Assembly (NCBI GenBank): GCA_040386195.1
Contig: JAZKFV010000022.1
Span: 2,974-66,973, forward strand
Direction of reading: 5' to 3'
Length of the DNA stretch: 64,000 bases
Source: Pseudomonadota bacterium
Lineage (GTDB): Bacteria > Pseudomonadota > Alphaproteobacteria > Rickettsiales > UBA1997
The notes below the pieces were generated by a model. That model did not search any database. It was not told the DNA's origin and worked only from the letters and a program-made list of their open reading frames with translations. This document shows, piece after piece, positions 9,810 to 19,881 of this stretch. The position numbers and the translations under genes were made by a program. The first letter of the stretch is position 1. Every line of letters begins with the position of its first letter.

Positions 9810-9857
9810 AAACTGTTAACTAATTATTTAAATCTGAAAAATAAAAACAAAAATATT

Positions 9858-11285
9858 ATGACTCTTTGGCAAATCTCAGAAATAAAAACTGCACTTAAAG
9901 ATCAAATTATCAACATTGGTAAATTGGATTTTACAATTAATCAGGTTGCAATTGATAGTCGCGCTAAGGCTGATAATGGCTTGTTTGTGGCTTTTAAAGG
10001 TGAAAATAATGATGGGCATAATTTTTTAAAACAGGCTTTTGAAAATGGTTGTGTGGCGGCAATTGTTGATCATTTGCCGGAAGGATTTGCAGGTGATGAA
10101 AAATTAATTTTGGTTAAAGATTCTTTGCTGGCTTTAGAAAAATTAGCAATTTTTTCACGCAGCAGAAGCAAGGCAAAAATCATTGCTGTAACTGGCTCGG
10201 TGGGCAAAACTAGCGTTAAAGAAATGCTCAAAACTGTTTTCACTTCGCAAGGCAAAACTTTTGCAACTACTGGCAATTTGAATAATAATTTTGGCTTGCC
10301 GCTGTCGCTTTGTAATATGGGCAGCGATGTTGAGTTTGGAATTTTTGAAATGGGAATGAACCATTTGGGAGAAATTGCGGCGCTGACTAAAATTGCCAAA
10401 CCGCATATTGCCATTATCACCACTGTTGCGGCGGCGCATATTGGTAATTTTAAAAATGAAGAAGAGATTGCTTTGGCAAAATCAGAAATTTTCTCCGGGC
10501 TGGTGGAAGGCGGATTTGCGGTGATTAACGCTGATAATATGCATTACGAATTTATCAAAAATCAGGCAATTAATCAGCAGGTGGCAATTAATAATATCAT
10601 TAATTTTGGTAGCAAAGAAACTAGCAATATCAGGCTTTTGGCGGTTGAAAAAGCTGAAGATTTTTACTCAATGGTCACTATTTTTAGCGCCAAATCTAAA
10701 CAGCAAATCAGCTATTTAATCAACACTATCAATCAATCAACCATCTTTAATTCTCTGATTGCAGTTGCTTGTTTGGAACTCATTGCCAAAGATTTTGCGG
10801 CGGGTTTGAATAGCTTACAAAAGCTGCAAACACCTAAAGGCAGAGGCAATTTAATTAAGGTTGAAAAAAATGGCATCAAATTCACCATCATCGACGACAC
10901 CTACAACGCCAACGCTGCATCAATGCAAGCTGGTTTAAAATTTTTAGCAGATTTAAAAAATTATCAAAGTGGACAAGGAATAATCACTAGAGCAATTGCC
11001 TTTGTTGGCGATATGTTGGAATTAGGAGAATTCTCGGTAAAAGAACATAAAGCAATTGCCAATTATATATCGGCCTATAACATTGATAGAGCGCTTTTGG
11101 TTGGCGATTCGATGAGCGATTTAATCAGCGAAATTAAACCAGAAAAACTAATCGCACATTTTCAAAATTCTTCCTTAGCCGCTCAAAATCTGAATTTTCA
11201 ACCTCAAAACGGCGATATAATTTTTATCAAAGGATCGCGAGGAACAAAGATGGAAAAGCTGGTTGAGGTAATGATTAATGGTTAA
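9858..11285 (+). CDS. murF: UDP-N-acetylmuramoyl-tripeptide--D-alanyl-D-alanine ligase
   Basis: Mur ligase P-loop VTGSVGKTS, NNNFGLPLSL, DDTYNANAASM, GDMLELG. Directly upstream of mraY. Confidence 0.9.
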   Translation: MTLWQISEIKTALKDQIINIGKLDFTINQVAIDSRAKADNGLFVAFKGENNDGHNFLKQAFENGCVAAIVDHLPEGFAGDEKLILVKDSLLALEKLAIFSRSRSKAKIIAVTGSVGKTSVKEMLKTVFTSQGKTFATTGNLNNNFGLPLSLCNMGSDVEFGIFEMGMNHLGEIAALTKIAKPHIAIITTVAAAHIGNFKNEEEIALAKSEIFSGLVEGGFAVINADNMHYEFIKNQAINQQVAINNIINFGSKETSNIRLLAVEKAEDFYSMVTIFSAKSKQQISYLINTINQSTIFNSLIAVACLELIAKDFAAGLNSLQKLQTPKGRGNLIKVEKNGIKFTIIDDTYNANAASMQAGLKFLADLKNYQSGQGIITRAIAFVGDMLELGEFSVKEHKAIANYISAYNIDRALLVGDSMSDLISEIKPEKLIAHFQNSSLAAQNLNFQPQNGDIIFIKGSRGTKMEKLVEVMING

Positions 11286-11356
11286 TGATTAATTATTAAT
11301 TAGATTTTGATTATTTTTTTAAGACCATTTTAATTAATCATTAACCATTAATCATT
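11269..11356. repeat. heptamer-periodic palindromic element, copy a (26/27-bp inverted repeat, 35-nt loop)
   Basis: Left arm taatgattaatggttaatgattaatta (11269-11295). Right arm taattaatcattaaccattaatcatt (11331-11356) is its reverse complement. The left arm encodes the last murF codons and the stop (..MING*). Confidence 0.85.
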
Positions 11357-11365
11357 GATCATTAA

Positions 11366-12448
11366 ATGTTATATAGCTACTTAACCAGCCTTTCTCTGGC
11401 TTTTTCTGATTCCTATTTTCTGCAGGTGATTTTTCGCCTGTCATTCATTTTCATCACCGCATTTTTAATCGCCTATTTTGGCATTAAATCTTTCATCTGC
11501 TTCGTCCATAAAAAAAATAATCTTTATCAACCAATCAGATCTGACGGGATCAAAACCCACATTGCTGAAAAACAAAAAACGCCAACAATGGGCGGTTTAT
11601 TTATTATCGCCGGCACTTTGATTGCCTCAGTTTTATTTGCTAATATCAAAAATAATTATGTTTTAATTGCGCTGTTTGTGATGATTTCTTTTAGTGCAAT
11701 TGGCTTTGTTGACGATTATTTGAAAGTAGCCAAACATAATACCAAAGGCTTTCGCGGCAGCATCAAATTGGTGATTCAATTTACTATTGTCAGCTTGGTA
11801 ATGTTCTTTTTACAAATGACCAACAATGTTTATTTTAACGGCGCAGTTGAAATTCCTTTCACTAAATTAGCAATTGATTTAGGAATTTTTTATGTTTTCT
11901 TCGCCACCTTTGTCATCGTTGGCGCCGCCAATGCCGTCAACTTAACCGATGGTTTAGACGGTTTAGTTTCTGTGCCGGCAATCATAACTTTATCTTGCTT
12001 CGCCTTCATAATTTACGCCACTTCTAACCCCACAATTTCTAATCATTTAGGAATTCTAAATATCGAAAACACCGCCGGGCTCATAATGTTCTGCGCCGCA
12101 ATGATTGGCGCAATTTTGGCCTTTTTGAAATTCAACTTAAAACCCGCCAAAATTTTTATGGGCGATGTCGGCAGCCTAGGAATCGGCGCCTCGCTGGGCG
12201 TTTTGGCAATCATCTTAAAAAAAGAATTATTATTCGGCATCATCGGATTATTATTCGTCATCGAAGCCGTTTCAGTAATCCTGCAAGTCGGCTCCTACAA
12301 ACTCCGCCAAAAACGAATTTTCCTAATGGCGCCAATCCACCACCATTTCGAAAAACTAGGCTGGAGCGAAATAAAAGTAGTTCGCACCTTCTGGCTCACC
12401 TCAGCAATATGCGCCGGGGTTGGAATGTTGAGTTTTTTTGTTAAATAA
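11366..12448 (+). CDS. mraY: phospho-N-acetylmuramoyl-pentapeptide transferase
   Basis: Polytopic membrane protein with KQKTPTMGG, DDYLK, NAVNLTDGLDGL, MGDVGSL, APIHHHFE. Confidence 0.95.
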   Translation: MLYSYLTSLSLAFSDSYFLQVIFRLSFIFITAFLIAYFGIKSFICFVHKKNNLYQPIRSDGIKTHIAEKQKTPTMGGLFIIAGTLIASVLFANIKNNYVLIALFVMISFSAIGFVDDYLKVAKHNTKGFRGSIKLVIQFTIVSLVMFFLQMTNNVYFNGAVEIPFTKLAIDLGIFYVFFATFVIVGAANAVNLTDGLDGLVSVPAIITLSCFAFIIYATSNPTISNHLGILNIENTAGLIMFCAAMIGAILAFLKFNLKPAKIFMGDVGSLGIGASLGVLAIILKKELLFGIIGLLFVIEAVSVILQVGSYKLRQKRIFLMAPIHHHFEKLGWSEIKVVRTFWLTSAICAGVGMLSFFVK

Positions 12449-12460
12449 ATTGTACAAATT

Positions 12461-14074
12461 ATGACCAAAAAATTATCAGCCAAAAAAGAAAGAGTCTATC
12501 TATACGATTCAACCTTGCGTGATGGCGCTCAAACTAGCACGGTGAATTTTAATGTGCGGGATAAAAGAGAGATTGCGTTGATGTTGGATGGTTTGGGGAT
12601 CGATTATGTTGAAGGTGGCTGGCCGGGGGCTAATCCTACTGATGATGAGTTTTTTGCTAATTTGCCGAAATTGAAAAATTCGCGTTTTAGCGCTTTTGGA
12701 ATGACGCGTCGCCCAACTTCTTCAGTACAAAATGATCCGGCTTTGAATGCTTTGATTAATAGCTCGGCTAAAGCGGTTTGTATTGTGGGTAAGGCTTGGG
12801 ATTTTCATTTGACTAATGCGCTGAACATTTCGGAAACAGAAAATTTAAAGATGATTGGTGAGTCAATTGCTTATATTGCGAAAAATAAGAAAGAGCCAAT
12901 GTTTGACGCCGAACATTTTTTTGACGGCTATAAAACTAATCCAAAATTTGCCATGAAAGTGGTGCAAACCGCTTATGACAATGGCGCGCGCTGGGTTGTT
13001 TTGTGTGATACTAACGGCGGCACTTTGCCGAGTGAAATTTCTAAAATCGTTAAAGAAGTTACTAAAAAAATTCCTGGTGAAAACTTAGGGATTCATTGTC
13101 ACAACGATACTGGCAACGCTGTTGCCAACTCAATTGCTGCGGTGGAAGCCGGAGTTCGCCAAGTGCAAGGAACTATCAACGGACTTGGCGAAAGATGCGG
13201 CAATGCCAATTTAACCAGCATCATTCCAATTTTAATGTTGAAGATGAATTTTGATGCTGGAATTGCTGAAACGCAGCTCAAAAATTTAACCAAAACTGCC
13301 CATTTTTTAGATGATTTACTTGCTAAACCGCGTGATCGTTTTGCACCGTTTGTTGGTGAATTTGCCTTTGCCCACAAAGGCGGCTTGCATGTTTCAGCAA
13401 TTGCCAAAAATCCTAAATCTTACGAACATATTGAGCCAGAATTAGTGGGCAATAAACGCAAAATTATGGTTTCCGACCAAGCTGGCCGCTCCAATATTAT
13501 CGCCCGTTTGAAAGAAATTGGCTTGAATGAAGAAGGCGACGACATTAAGTATAGCCAGATTTCCGATTTGGTAAATAAAGTTAAAGAGCTGGAAGCCAAA
13601 GGCTACGCCTATGACGGCGCTGATGCCAGCTTTGAACTTTTGGCGAAAAGATTTTTATCAGTAGTGCCAAGTTATTTTGAATTAGTTTCGTTTCGAGTTA
13701 TTGATGAACGCAAAAATAATTCCAAAAATGTGCCCACACTTTTGGCAGAAGCTACCATCAAAATAAAAATTGGCCGCAAAATTGTGATGTCAGTTGCGGA
13801 AGGAAACGGCCCAGTTAATGCTTTAGACAAAGCCTTACGCAAAGCCTTATCACGCAAATATCCGCTTTTGAAAAATGTTTCTTTAAGTGATTACAAAGTA
13901 CGAATTTTAACGCCGTCAGATGGAACTGAAGCAATCACCAGAGTGCAAATTGAATCGGTGGATGATCAAGGTCATAAATGGTCAACCATCGGCGTTTCCG
14001 CCAATATTGTCGACGCTTCTTACCGGGCGCTTTATGATTCGATTACTTTTAAATTGATGAAGGAAAAACTTTAA
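12461..14074 (+). CDS. cimA: citramalate synthase / 2-isopropylmalate synthase family protein
   Basis: LYDSTLRDGAQ, DYVEGGWPGANP, HCHNDTGNAVANS, and a C-terminal LeuA-dimer-type regulatory domain. The length of 537 aa fits the CimA type. Confidence 0.8.
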   Translation: MTKKLSAKKERVYLYDSTLRDGAQTSTVNFNVRDKREIALMLDGLGIDYVEGGWPGANPTDDEFFANLPKLKNSRFSAFGMTRRPTSSVQNDPALNALINSSAKAVCIVGKAWDFHLTNALNISETENLKMIGESIAYIAKNKKEPMFDAEHFFDGYKTNPKFAMKVVQTAYDNGARWVVLCDTNGGTLPSEISKIVKEVTKKIPGENLGIHCHNDTGNAVANSIAAVEAGVRQVQGTINGLGERCGNANLTSIIPILMLKMNFDAGIAETQLKNLTKTAHFLDDLLAKPRDRFAPFVGEFAFAHKGGLHVSAIAKNPKSYEHIEPELVGNKRKIMVSDQAGRSNIIARLKEIGLNEEGDDIKYSQISDLVNKVKELEAKGYAYDGADASFELLAKRFLSVVPSYFELVSFRVIDERKNNSKNVPTLLAEATIKIKIGRKIVMSVAEGNGPVNALDKALRKALSRKYPLLKNVSLSDYKVRILTPSDGTEAITRVQIESVDDQGHKWSTIGVSANIVDASYRALYDSITFKLMKEKL

Positions 14075-14094
14075 TAAAACAAATATCAAACAAT

Positions 14095-15969
14095 ATGCAA
14101 GCAATGCCCAATCCTAAAAAAACTCCCAATACTAAAAAAAACTTCCTGATTTGGTTGGGGATTTTTTTGGTGGTGATGTTGATTTCTGGCGCTTTTGATG
14201 ATGCCACCAATAATGCTAATAAAATTTCTTTCTCACAATTCATCGCCAAGGTTGATGGCGGCGAGGTGGCCAAGGTTGATATTAAAGGCAAAGATCTGTT
14301 TGGAACTTCTAAAAACGGAGAAAAATTTTATACTTTTTTGCCGGAATATCCGAGCTTGGTAGAAAAATTGCAGGAGAAAAATGTTGAAGTTAATGCTTCG
14401 CCATTAGTTTCAAAATCAGAAAAAATTATTGGTGGCATTTTGGGCTGGCTGCCGTTTTTGATTATGATTTTTCTATGGTTTGGCTTTATGAAAAATATGG
14501 GCGGCGCGGGTAATAAGGCGTTTAGTTTTGGTAAATCTAAAGCCAAATTATTGCAGCAAGCTAACGGCAAAGTTACTTTTAACGATGTGGCCGGAATTGA
14601 TGAGGCCAAAGGTGAATTAACCGAGATTGTTGATTTTCTGAAAGATCCACAAAAATATATCAAACTGGGCGCTCGAATTCCGCGCGGCTGCTTGTTGATT
14701 GGCTCGCCGGGAACTGGTAAAACTTTGCTGGCCAGAGCAATTGCTGGTGAAGCGGGCGTGCCATTTTTCTCAATTTCTGGTTCAGATTTTGTGGAAATGT
14801 TTGTCGGCGTTGGTGCTAGCCGGGTGCGCGATATGTTTGAACAAGGCAAAAAATCTGCGCCTTGTATAATTTTTATCGATGAGATTGATGCGGTGGGAAG
14901 ACACAGAGGATCTGGCGTTGGCGGTGGCAATGATGAAAGAGAACAAACTTTAAATCAGCTTTTGGTGGAGATGGACGGCTTTGCTGATAATGAAGGCGTG
15001 ATTATTATTGCCGCCACTAACCGCCCTGATGTTTTGGATAAAGCCTTGCTCAGACCGGGAAGATTTGATCGTCAAATTACAGTGCCCAGCCCTGATATTA
15101 TTGGGCGTGAACAAATTTTAAATGTGCATATTAAAAAAGTGCAAATTGCTCCGGATGTGGATGTTAAAACTTTAGCCAAAGGAACGCCGGGATTTTCTGG
15201 TGCCGATTTGGCAAATTTAGTCAATGAATCTGCGCTTCTGGCAGCAAGATCGAATCAAATGTTGGTGACTATGCAAAATCTTGAAGATGCCAAAGATCGC
15301 ATAATGATGGGCTCGGAGCGCAAATCAATGGTCATGCAGCTTGATGAAAAAACTTTAACCGCATATCACGAAGGCGGCCACGCAATTGTTTCTATCAACT
15401 GTCCAAATTCTGATCCAATTCACAAAGCAACAATAATTCCAAGAGGTCGCGCTTTAGGTTTGGTGATGCGCTTGCCGGAAGTTGATCGCTTTTCAGTTTC
15501 GCGTGCCAAATTGCACGATGATCTAGCAGTTGCAATGGCGGGCAGGGCGGCGGAAGAATTGATTTTCGGTTATGATAAAGTTACCACCGGCGCCTCTTCA
15601 GATATTGAGCAAGCCACTCGAATGGCCAAAGCAATGGTTATAAAATGGGGTTTAAGCGATAAAGTTGGAACCATCGATTACGCTCCAGATAACACTGGCG
15701 GCTATCCGACACAAAAAGAAATTTCTGACGAAACTTCCAAATTAATTGATAGCGAAACCAAAAGAATAATTGATGAAGCTTTGCAACGCGCTACACAAAT
15801 TTTGACTGACAAAAAAGCTGATTTAGAAAAACTGGCGCAAGGTTTATTGGAATTTGAAACTTTAAGCGGCGAAGAAATCAAAGATTTATTAGCCGGAAAA
15901 GAAGTTAGAAGAGCGGCCGATGCTGGAAAAAGAACTTTAAAAAGTGTGATTCCAACTTCGGCTGAGTAA
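14095..15969 (+). CDS. ftsH: ATP-dependent zinc metalloprotease FtsH
   Basis: Two TM segments, Walker [12 protein letters not shown], Walker [32 protein letters not shown], Zn site HEGGH. Confidence 0.97.
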   Translation: MQAMPNPKKTPNTKKNFLIWLGIFLVVMLISGAFDDATNNANKISFSQFIAKVDGGEVAKVDIKGKDLFGTSKNGEKFYTFLPEYPSLVEKLQEKNVEVNASPLVSKSEKIIGGILGWLPFLIMIFLWFGFMKNMGGAGNKAFSFGKSKAKLLQQANGKVTFNDVAGIDEAKGELTEIVDFLKDPQKYIKLGARIPRGCLLIGSPGTGKTLLARAIAGEAGVPFFSISGSDFVEMFVGVGASRVRDMFEQGKKSAPCIIFIDEIDAVGRHRGSGVGGGNDEREQTLNQLLVEMDGFADNEGVIIIAATNRPDVLDKALLRPGRFDRQITVPSPDIIGREQILNVHIKKVQIAPDVDVKTLAKGTPGFSGADLANLVNESALLAARSNQMLVTMQNLEDAKDRIMMGSERKSMVMQLDEKTLTAYHEGGHAIVSINCPNSDPIHKATIIPRGRALGLVMRLPEVDRFSVSRAKLHDDLAVAMAGRAAEELIFGYDKVTTGASSDIEQATRMAKAMVIKWGLSDKVGTIDYAPDNTGGYPTQKEISDETSKLIDSETKRIIDEALQRATQILTDKKADLEKLAQGLLEFETLSGEEIKDLLAGKEVRRAADAGKRTLKSVIPTSAE

Positions 15970-15975
15970 GAAATA

Positions 15976-18900
15976 TCAAGTTCTTTCCCCTTTAGATCCT
16001 TTTCCCTCGTCATTTCCTTTAGACAATGCTTTAAGGCCTTTCCCTATTGCCAACATAATTCCTTTTGTTTTTCTAGGGGTGCTTGGAATTTCAGATCGAG
16101 GACTCTTTAAAGTTACAAGCTCAACTTCAATTATATTTTTACACCTATCGCTAATATTTGTGATTTCATCAACCACATTTTGAGCTGATAAAGCTAGAGA
16201 TTGATTAGAAAAAATCATATTAACAAAACTAATATGTTTCTCTGGTCGAGCTAGATCAATTTTGTGTATGTTAGTTTGATATGATTTTCTGTCTTCGTTA
16301 AACAAAAGCTCATTTTCATTATACAAATTTAAAACCTGATTGATGGTTTTTTCGGCTACCAAAGCAAGATCTTCTTTTGCAAAACTCTCAAGATAAATTT
16401 CTGCAACTTTCTCAAACAAAATTTCACTCGGTTTTGAGGCTGATAAAATTAATAAATTTTCTAGGCGATATTTATATCTTAATTTTAAGTCTTCGTCAGT
16501 GAACAAGTCCGCATAACCTTGCTTTATTGCTTTTAAAGCTTCCAATTCACGCTCTATAGTTGCATCGTCATTGATAACCGTAAATTGTGCTTCAAGATTT
16601 TCTAATGTGCTGAGTAATGAATTTTCTACTATTTGAATAATATTTTTATTCGCCTCTTCTTTGTGTTTGTGAACAAGGTTTTTTTCTGCATCTGTGCCGT
16701 CAAATTTTGATTCTAACAAATCAAAAAATCCTAACAAATATTTTGCGCCAAGCTTTGCGTAAGTTTCTTTGTGGCGCAATGTGTTGGAGATTGAAATTTT
16801 TGGTTGAATGTCACCACTTTCAATAACAATTTTTATTAACTCTGGCGAGAATTTATATTTTAATAAAATGTCTATCAAGCAAGCGCTAGAGCCAAAGTCT
16901 TTGGCAAATTCAGATTTAATAACTTCTTTATTGTCACTCAATAATTTCTTAATTGACTCAAGATCGGCATTTGCGCCTTTTTTTATTTCATCAATAAATT
17001 GTTTGAAGATTCCTTTGCCATTAATGTCAGTTTCGTTTTGATCTAATTGTGTGGATATTTCATCAATTCCCAAAAATGCTGTTAATGCCTTTATCTGTGT
17101 AGTAATAAATTCACGAGCCGCTTTTCTGTTGATCTGCGCTGTGGTTGCGTCCTCTTGTTTAAAATTGTCAAATTCTAATATTCTGGTAGCAAGAATTGGA
17201 GTTGAGTTTTGAATTGCTGTTTTTAATTTTAATTTATCCTCAGGCGTTAATGATTCAGAATTTGTTCCAAGCCATCTTCTAATTGCCCGAATAAAAACAG
17301 GGCGATTATTTTCTATTGCATAGGAAAGTAATACAGCAAAAGAATCATCAAGAGGTAGAAATGCGGATTGATTATCTTGGAGAAGCTTTGATATGCGCGC
17401 GGAAAAAGTGTCAGACTTTTCTGATTCAACATCAATAAAGCTGTGAGCCTGAAGGCAAAATTGAGCAAGCTCTCCAATATGTTTTTTATTAGTTTGGTGT
17501 TGATCAATTATGGTTTGAATTTTTAAATCTTCAGGTTTTAGTTTGGCGAATAATTTTTTTTGATCATCAAATTTTGCTTCGTAATCATCTTTATAAAATG
17601 CAATTGTCAACAAACTTTCCCTTTTTATCGGCAAAATATTATTACCAAGTAAAAGATTGATATAGATTGGAGGCGCGCAATGTTTTAGTAAAAATAAAAT
17701 TAATTCATCGTGATATTCAGGAGATTTTTTTATTGCGGCAATATTATTGGTGATAAAATTAAAAAGTGCCCATAAGTTATTCTCATTAGAAAAATCAACG
17801 GTCTCTTTAATTTTTTGTATTAGAAGTTTTGGATTTCTTGCATATAACATCATATCTAAAACCTCTGGATCAATACCAGATTTATCTTGGGCGAGGTGAA
17901 TATGATTTGGAGTAATTTCTAAGCCATTATTTAATAAAGTGGCTAATATTTTTGGTGTGACTTGCTTTGGATAATTAATTAGTAAACATTTTAGGCAATC
18001 ATTTTTAGCGTCAAAGCCATCAAGTTTTTGGAAAATTGGAGCGCTAAAGTTAAGCTTGTTTCCCCTTAAGAAACTATTTAAGGCAAGATGAGCATCTTTA
18101 TCTAAGGTAGCCAGCCTAATGATTTCAAAGGCTTCATTGTTGTTCGGAGTTCTGGCTTTGGTTTTTGTTTGATCCAGCAAAACAACATATTGATTAAAAA
18201 CGTAATTACATCTTTCAATTAACAGTGCAATATCTCGTTTTTTATCTAATGACAAATCTTTATATTCCGACCAAATTTTTAAAATTGGTAATAATTGTGC
18301 TTGCAACTCTTCTTCGTCCTTAGTTCTAACTTCTTGACTAGCTAAGGTTTGTAATTTTTCAGTAATTATATTTAGGAGTTGGAAAAATTTTTGATCTTTA
18401 TTTTTTTTATCATAATTAAAAACCCGAGCTTTTCTGAATAATCTAACCAGCTCGTAGTCAGAGGTTTTGATGGCTTGAACTAAATGATCAAAATATAGCT
18501 GATTTGAGATGTCGGGCGTTGATCCTAATATCTTTAATTTCTGATTGATCTGTTTAAATAAATCATCATTAACTAACGATTTTTCTAAGGCGGCAATTCT
18601 AGCTTTCAAGGCAGTTTGATCGTCCGGATCTTTATAAAGTTCAAGAGCTTTTTCTAATATAAGTATTTGATTATCGGCGCTTTGTTGATCTAGAGTCCAT
18701 CTTGAGAAAAACGTTGCTATGTTTTGTGGTCTGAAGCCTTTTTCCATCAATGCAATAAAAATATCGGCGCGTAATTTTTGTTCTTTAAAATATTGCAATA
18801 AATCTTCAACTTCATCACCGGTATAAGCTCTAATTTTTTTGCGCAATTCTTCTTGATTAAAGAATTTTATAGCTCCAGCCTCACTAAGTTCTGTGACAAA

Positions 18901-19680
18901 TTCACTGGCATCTTTATAAGCGTCTTTTCCGCCAAATAATAATCTTTCTGATTTTGGATCCAAAGATGATGAAAGCTCTGCTGGCAATAAAGCCTGGTTC
19001 TGAGCTGTAAATTTAAAACCGCAACCATATAAGAATAATAATTTGTCTTTATTGAGCTTATGATTGTCACTTAGGATTTTAAGTAGAGATTGGGTTTCTG
19101 TATTATTTTCGGTCAAATTTAAATCAAGATTTCCGGAATGAAAGATGGGAGCCGGAAATAGTTGGTTGACATCTATTCCCAAAAAAGCTTCTCTCACCTG
19201 ATTTAATGCCATTTCATCAACGGGAAGATTGCTTTCTAAAAGATAATACATTGCCCTAGTGATGGCTTGGTTTTGATTGAACTTATAAATTTGGGCGGCA
19301 TTATTTGCAATTCTCTCTAATGCTGCAAGATATTCGCCAATTTGTTCAAAATCTTCTGGTGAGAAGGGTTGGTTTTGTTGCCAAATAGTCAGATGATGAG
19401 TGAGTCCGTCGCTAATTAATCTTGCAATTTCTGGAGTTGGTTTGAGTTTATATTCTTTTCCTGTCAAAAGTTTTCCTGCAAGATTTTTTGTTTTGGCAAA
19501 ATCATATTTATTATTAATAAATTTTCCGATTGCCTGAATCACTTGTGGATTTTTTTGTAATTCATCACTTATTCCGGCCCCAAATAAATCATTTAATGCA
19601 TCTTGATTTTGTTCGTTGTTCAACAAATCCAAAACTGCTTCAACAGTTTCTAGTTTTAAAGATCTCTTTCTGCTTCTCAT
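15976..19680 (-). CDS. 1234-aa hypothetical protein (predicted all-helical; candidate secreted effector)
   Basis: Uninterrupted 3.7-kb ORF in an AT-rich genome. No enzymatic motif recognised. Lys/Gly-rich C-terminal tail KGLKALSKGNDEGKGSKGERT. Confidence 0.6.
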   Translation of the reverse strand: MRSRKRSLKLETVEAVLDLLNNEQNQDALNDLFGAGISDELQKNPQVIQAIGKFINNKYDFAKTKNLAGKLLTGKEYKLKPTPEIARLISDGLTHHLTIWQQNQPFSPEDFEQIGEYLAALERIANNAAQIYKFNQNQAITRAMYYLLESNLPVDEMALNQVREAFLGIDVNQLFPAPIFHSGNLDLNLTENNTETQSLLKILSDNHKLNKDKLLFLYGCGFKFTAQNQALLPAELSSSLDPKSERLLFGGKDAYKDASEFVTELSEAGAIKFFNQEELRKKIRAYTGDEVEDLLQYFKEQKLRADIFIALMEKGFRPQNIATFFSRWTLDQQSADNQILILEKALELYKDPDDQTALKARIAALEKSLVNDDLFKQINQKLKILGSTPDISNQLYFDHLVQAIKTSDYELVRLFRKARVFNYDKKNKDQKFFQLLNIITEKLQTLASQEVRTKDEEELQAQLLPILKIWSEYKDLSLDKKRDIALLIERCNYVFNQYVVLLDQTKTKARTPNNNEAFEIIRLATLDKDAHLALNSFLRGNKLNFSAPIFQKLDGFDAKNDCLKCLLINYPKQVTPKILATLLNNGLEITPNHIHLAQDKSGIDPEVLDMMLYARNPKLLIQKIKETVDFSNENNLWALFNFITNNIAAIKKSPEYHDELILFLLKHCAPPIYINLLLGNNILPIKRESLLTIAFYKDDYEAKFDDQKKLFAKLKPEDLKIQTIIDQHQTNKKHIGELAQFCLQAHSFIDVESEKSDTFSARISKLLQDNQSAFLPLDDSFAVLLSYAIENNRPVFIRAIRRWLGTNSESLTPEDKLKLKTAIQNSTPILATRILEFDNFKQEDATTAQINRKAAREFITTQIKALTAFLGIDEISTQLDQNETDINGKGIFKQFIDEIKKGANADLESIKKLLSDNKEVIKSEFAKDFGSSACLIDILLKYKFSPELIKIVIESGDIQPKISISNTLRHKETYAKLGAKYLLGFFDLLESKFDGTDAEKNLVHKHKEEANKNIIQIVENSLLSTLENLEAQFTVINDDATIERELEALKAIKQGYADLFTDEDLKLRYKYRLENLLILSASKPSEILFEKVAEIYLESFAKEDLALVAEKTINQVLNLYNENELLFNEDRKSYQTNIHKIDLARPEKHISFVNMIFSNQSLALSAQNVVDEITNISDRCKNIIEVELVTLKSPRSEIPSTPRKTKGIMLAIGKGLKALSKGNDEGKGSKGERT

Positions 19681-19881
19681 TGAATATGTAATTTATTGAT
19701 ATGTGATTAATGGGATTTGAAGATATTGTTTTTAATTGCGTTAAGTCAACAAAAAATTGAGCCTGAGTCAAAATGAACTATGATTCAAAGACTCATCTTG
19801 ACAGAGCATATTGAAATATGTTCAACTGTTAGACCTATAGCTTCTTGTCGTAATCAGCTAGTAATGTTAAAGATTTAAATA

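Noticed and set aside
11269-11356. Whether the repeated taatgat/taatggt arrays at 11269, 25463, 39217 and 59114 are CRISPR arrays.
   Set aside because: The units are 7 nt, directly abutting with no spacers, and arranged as inverted arms. No cas genes are present in the window.
14328-14930. 200-aa ORF antisense to ftsH.
   Set aside because: It lies entirely inside the strongly conserved ftsH AAA+ region on the opposite strand. It is a Pro/Ser/Ile-rich shadow-frame translation with no motif. This is typical of an antisense shadow ORF.
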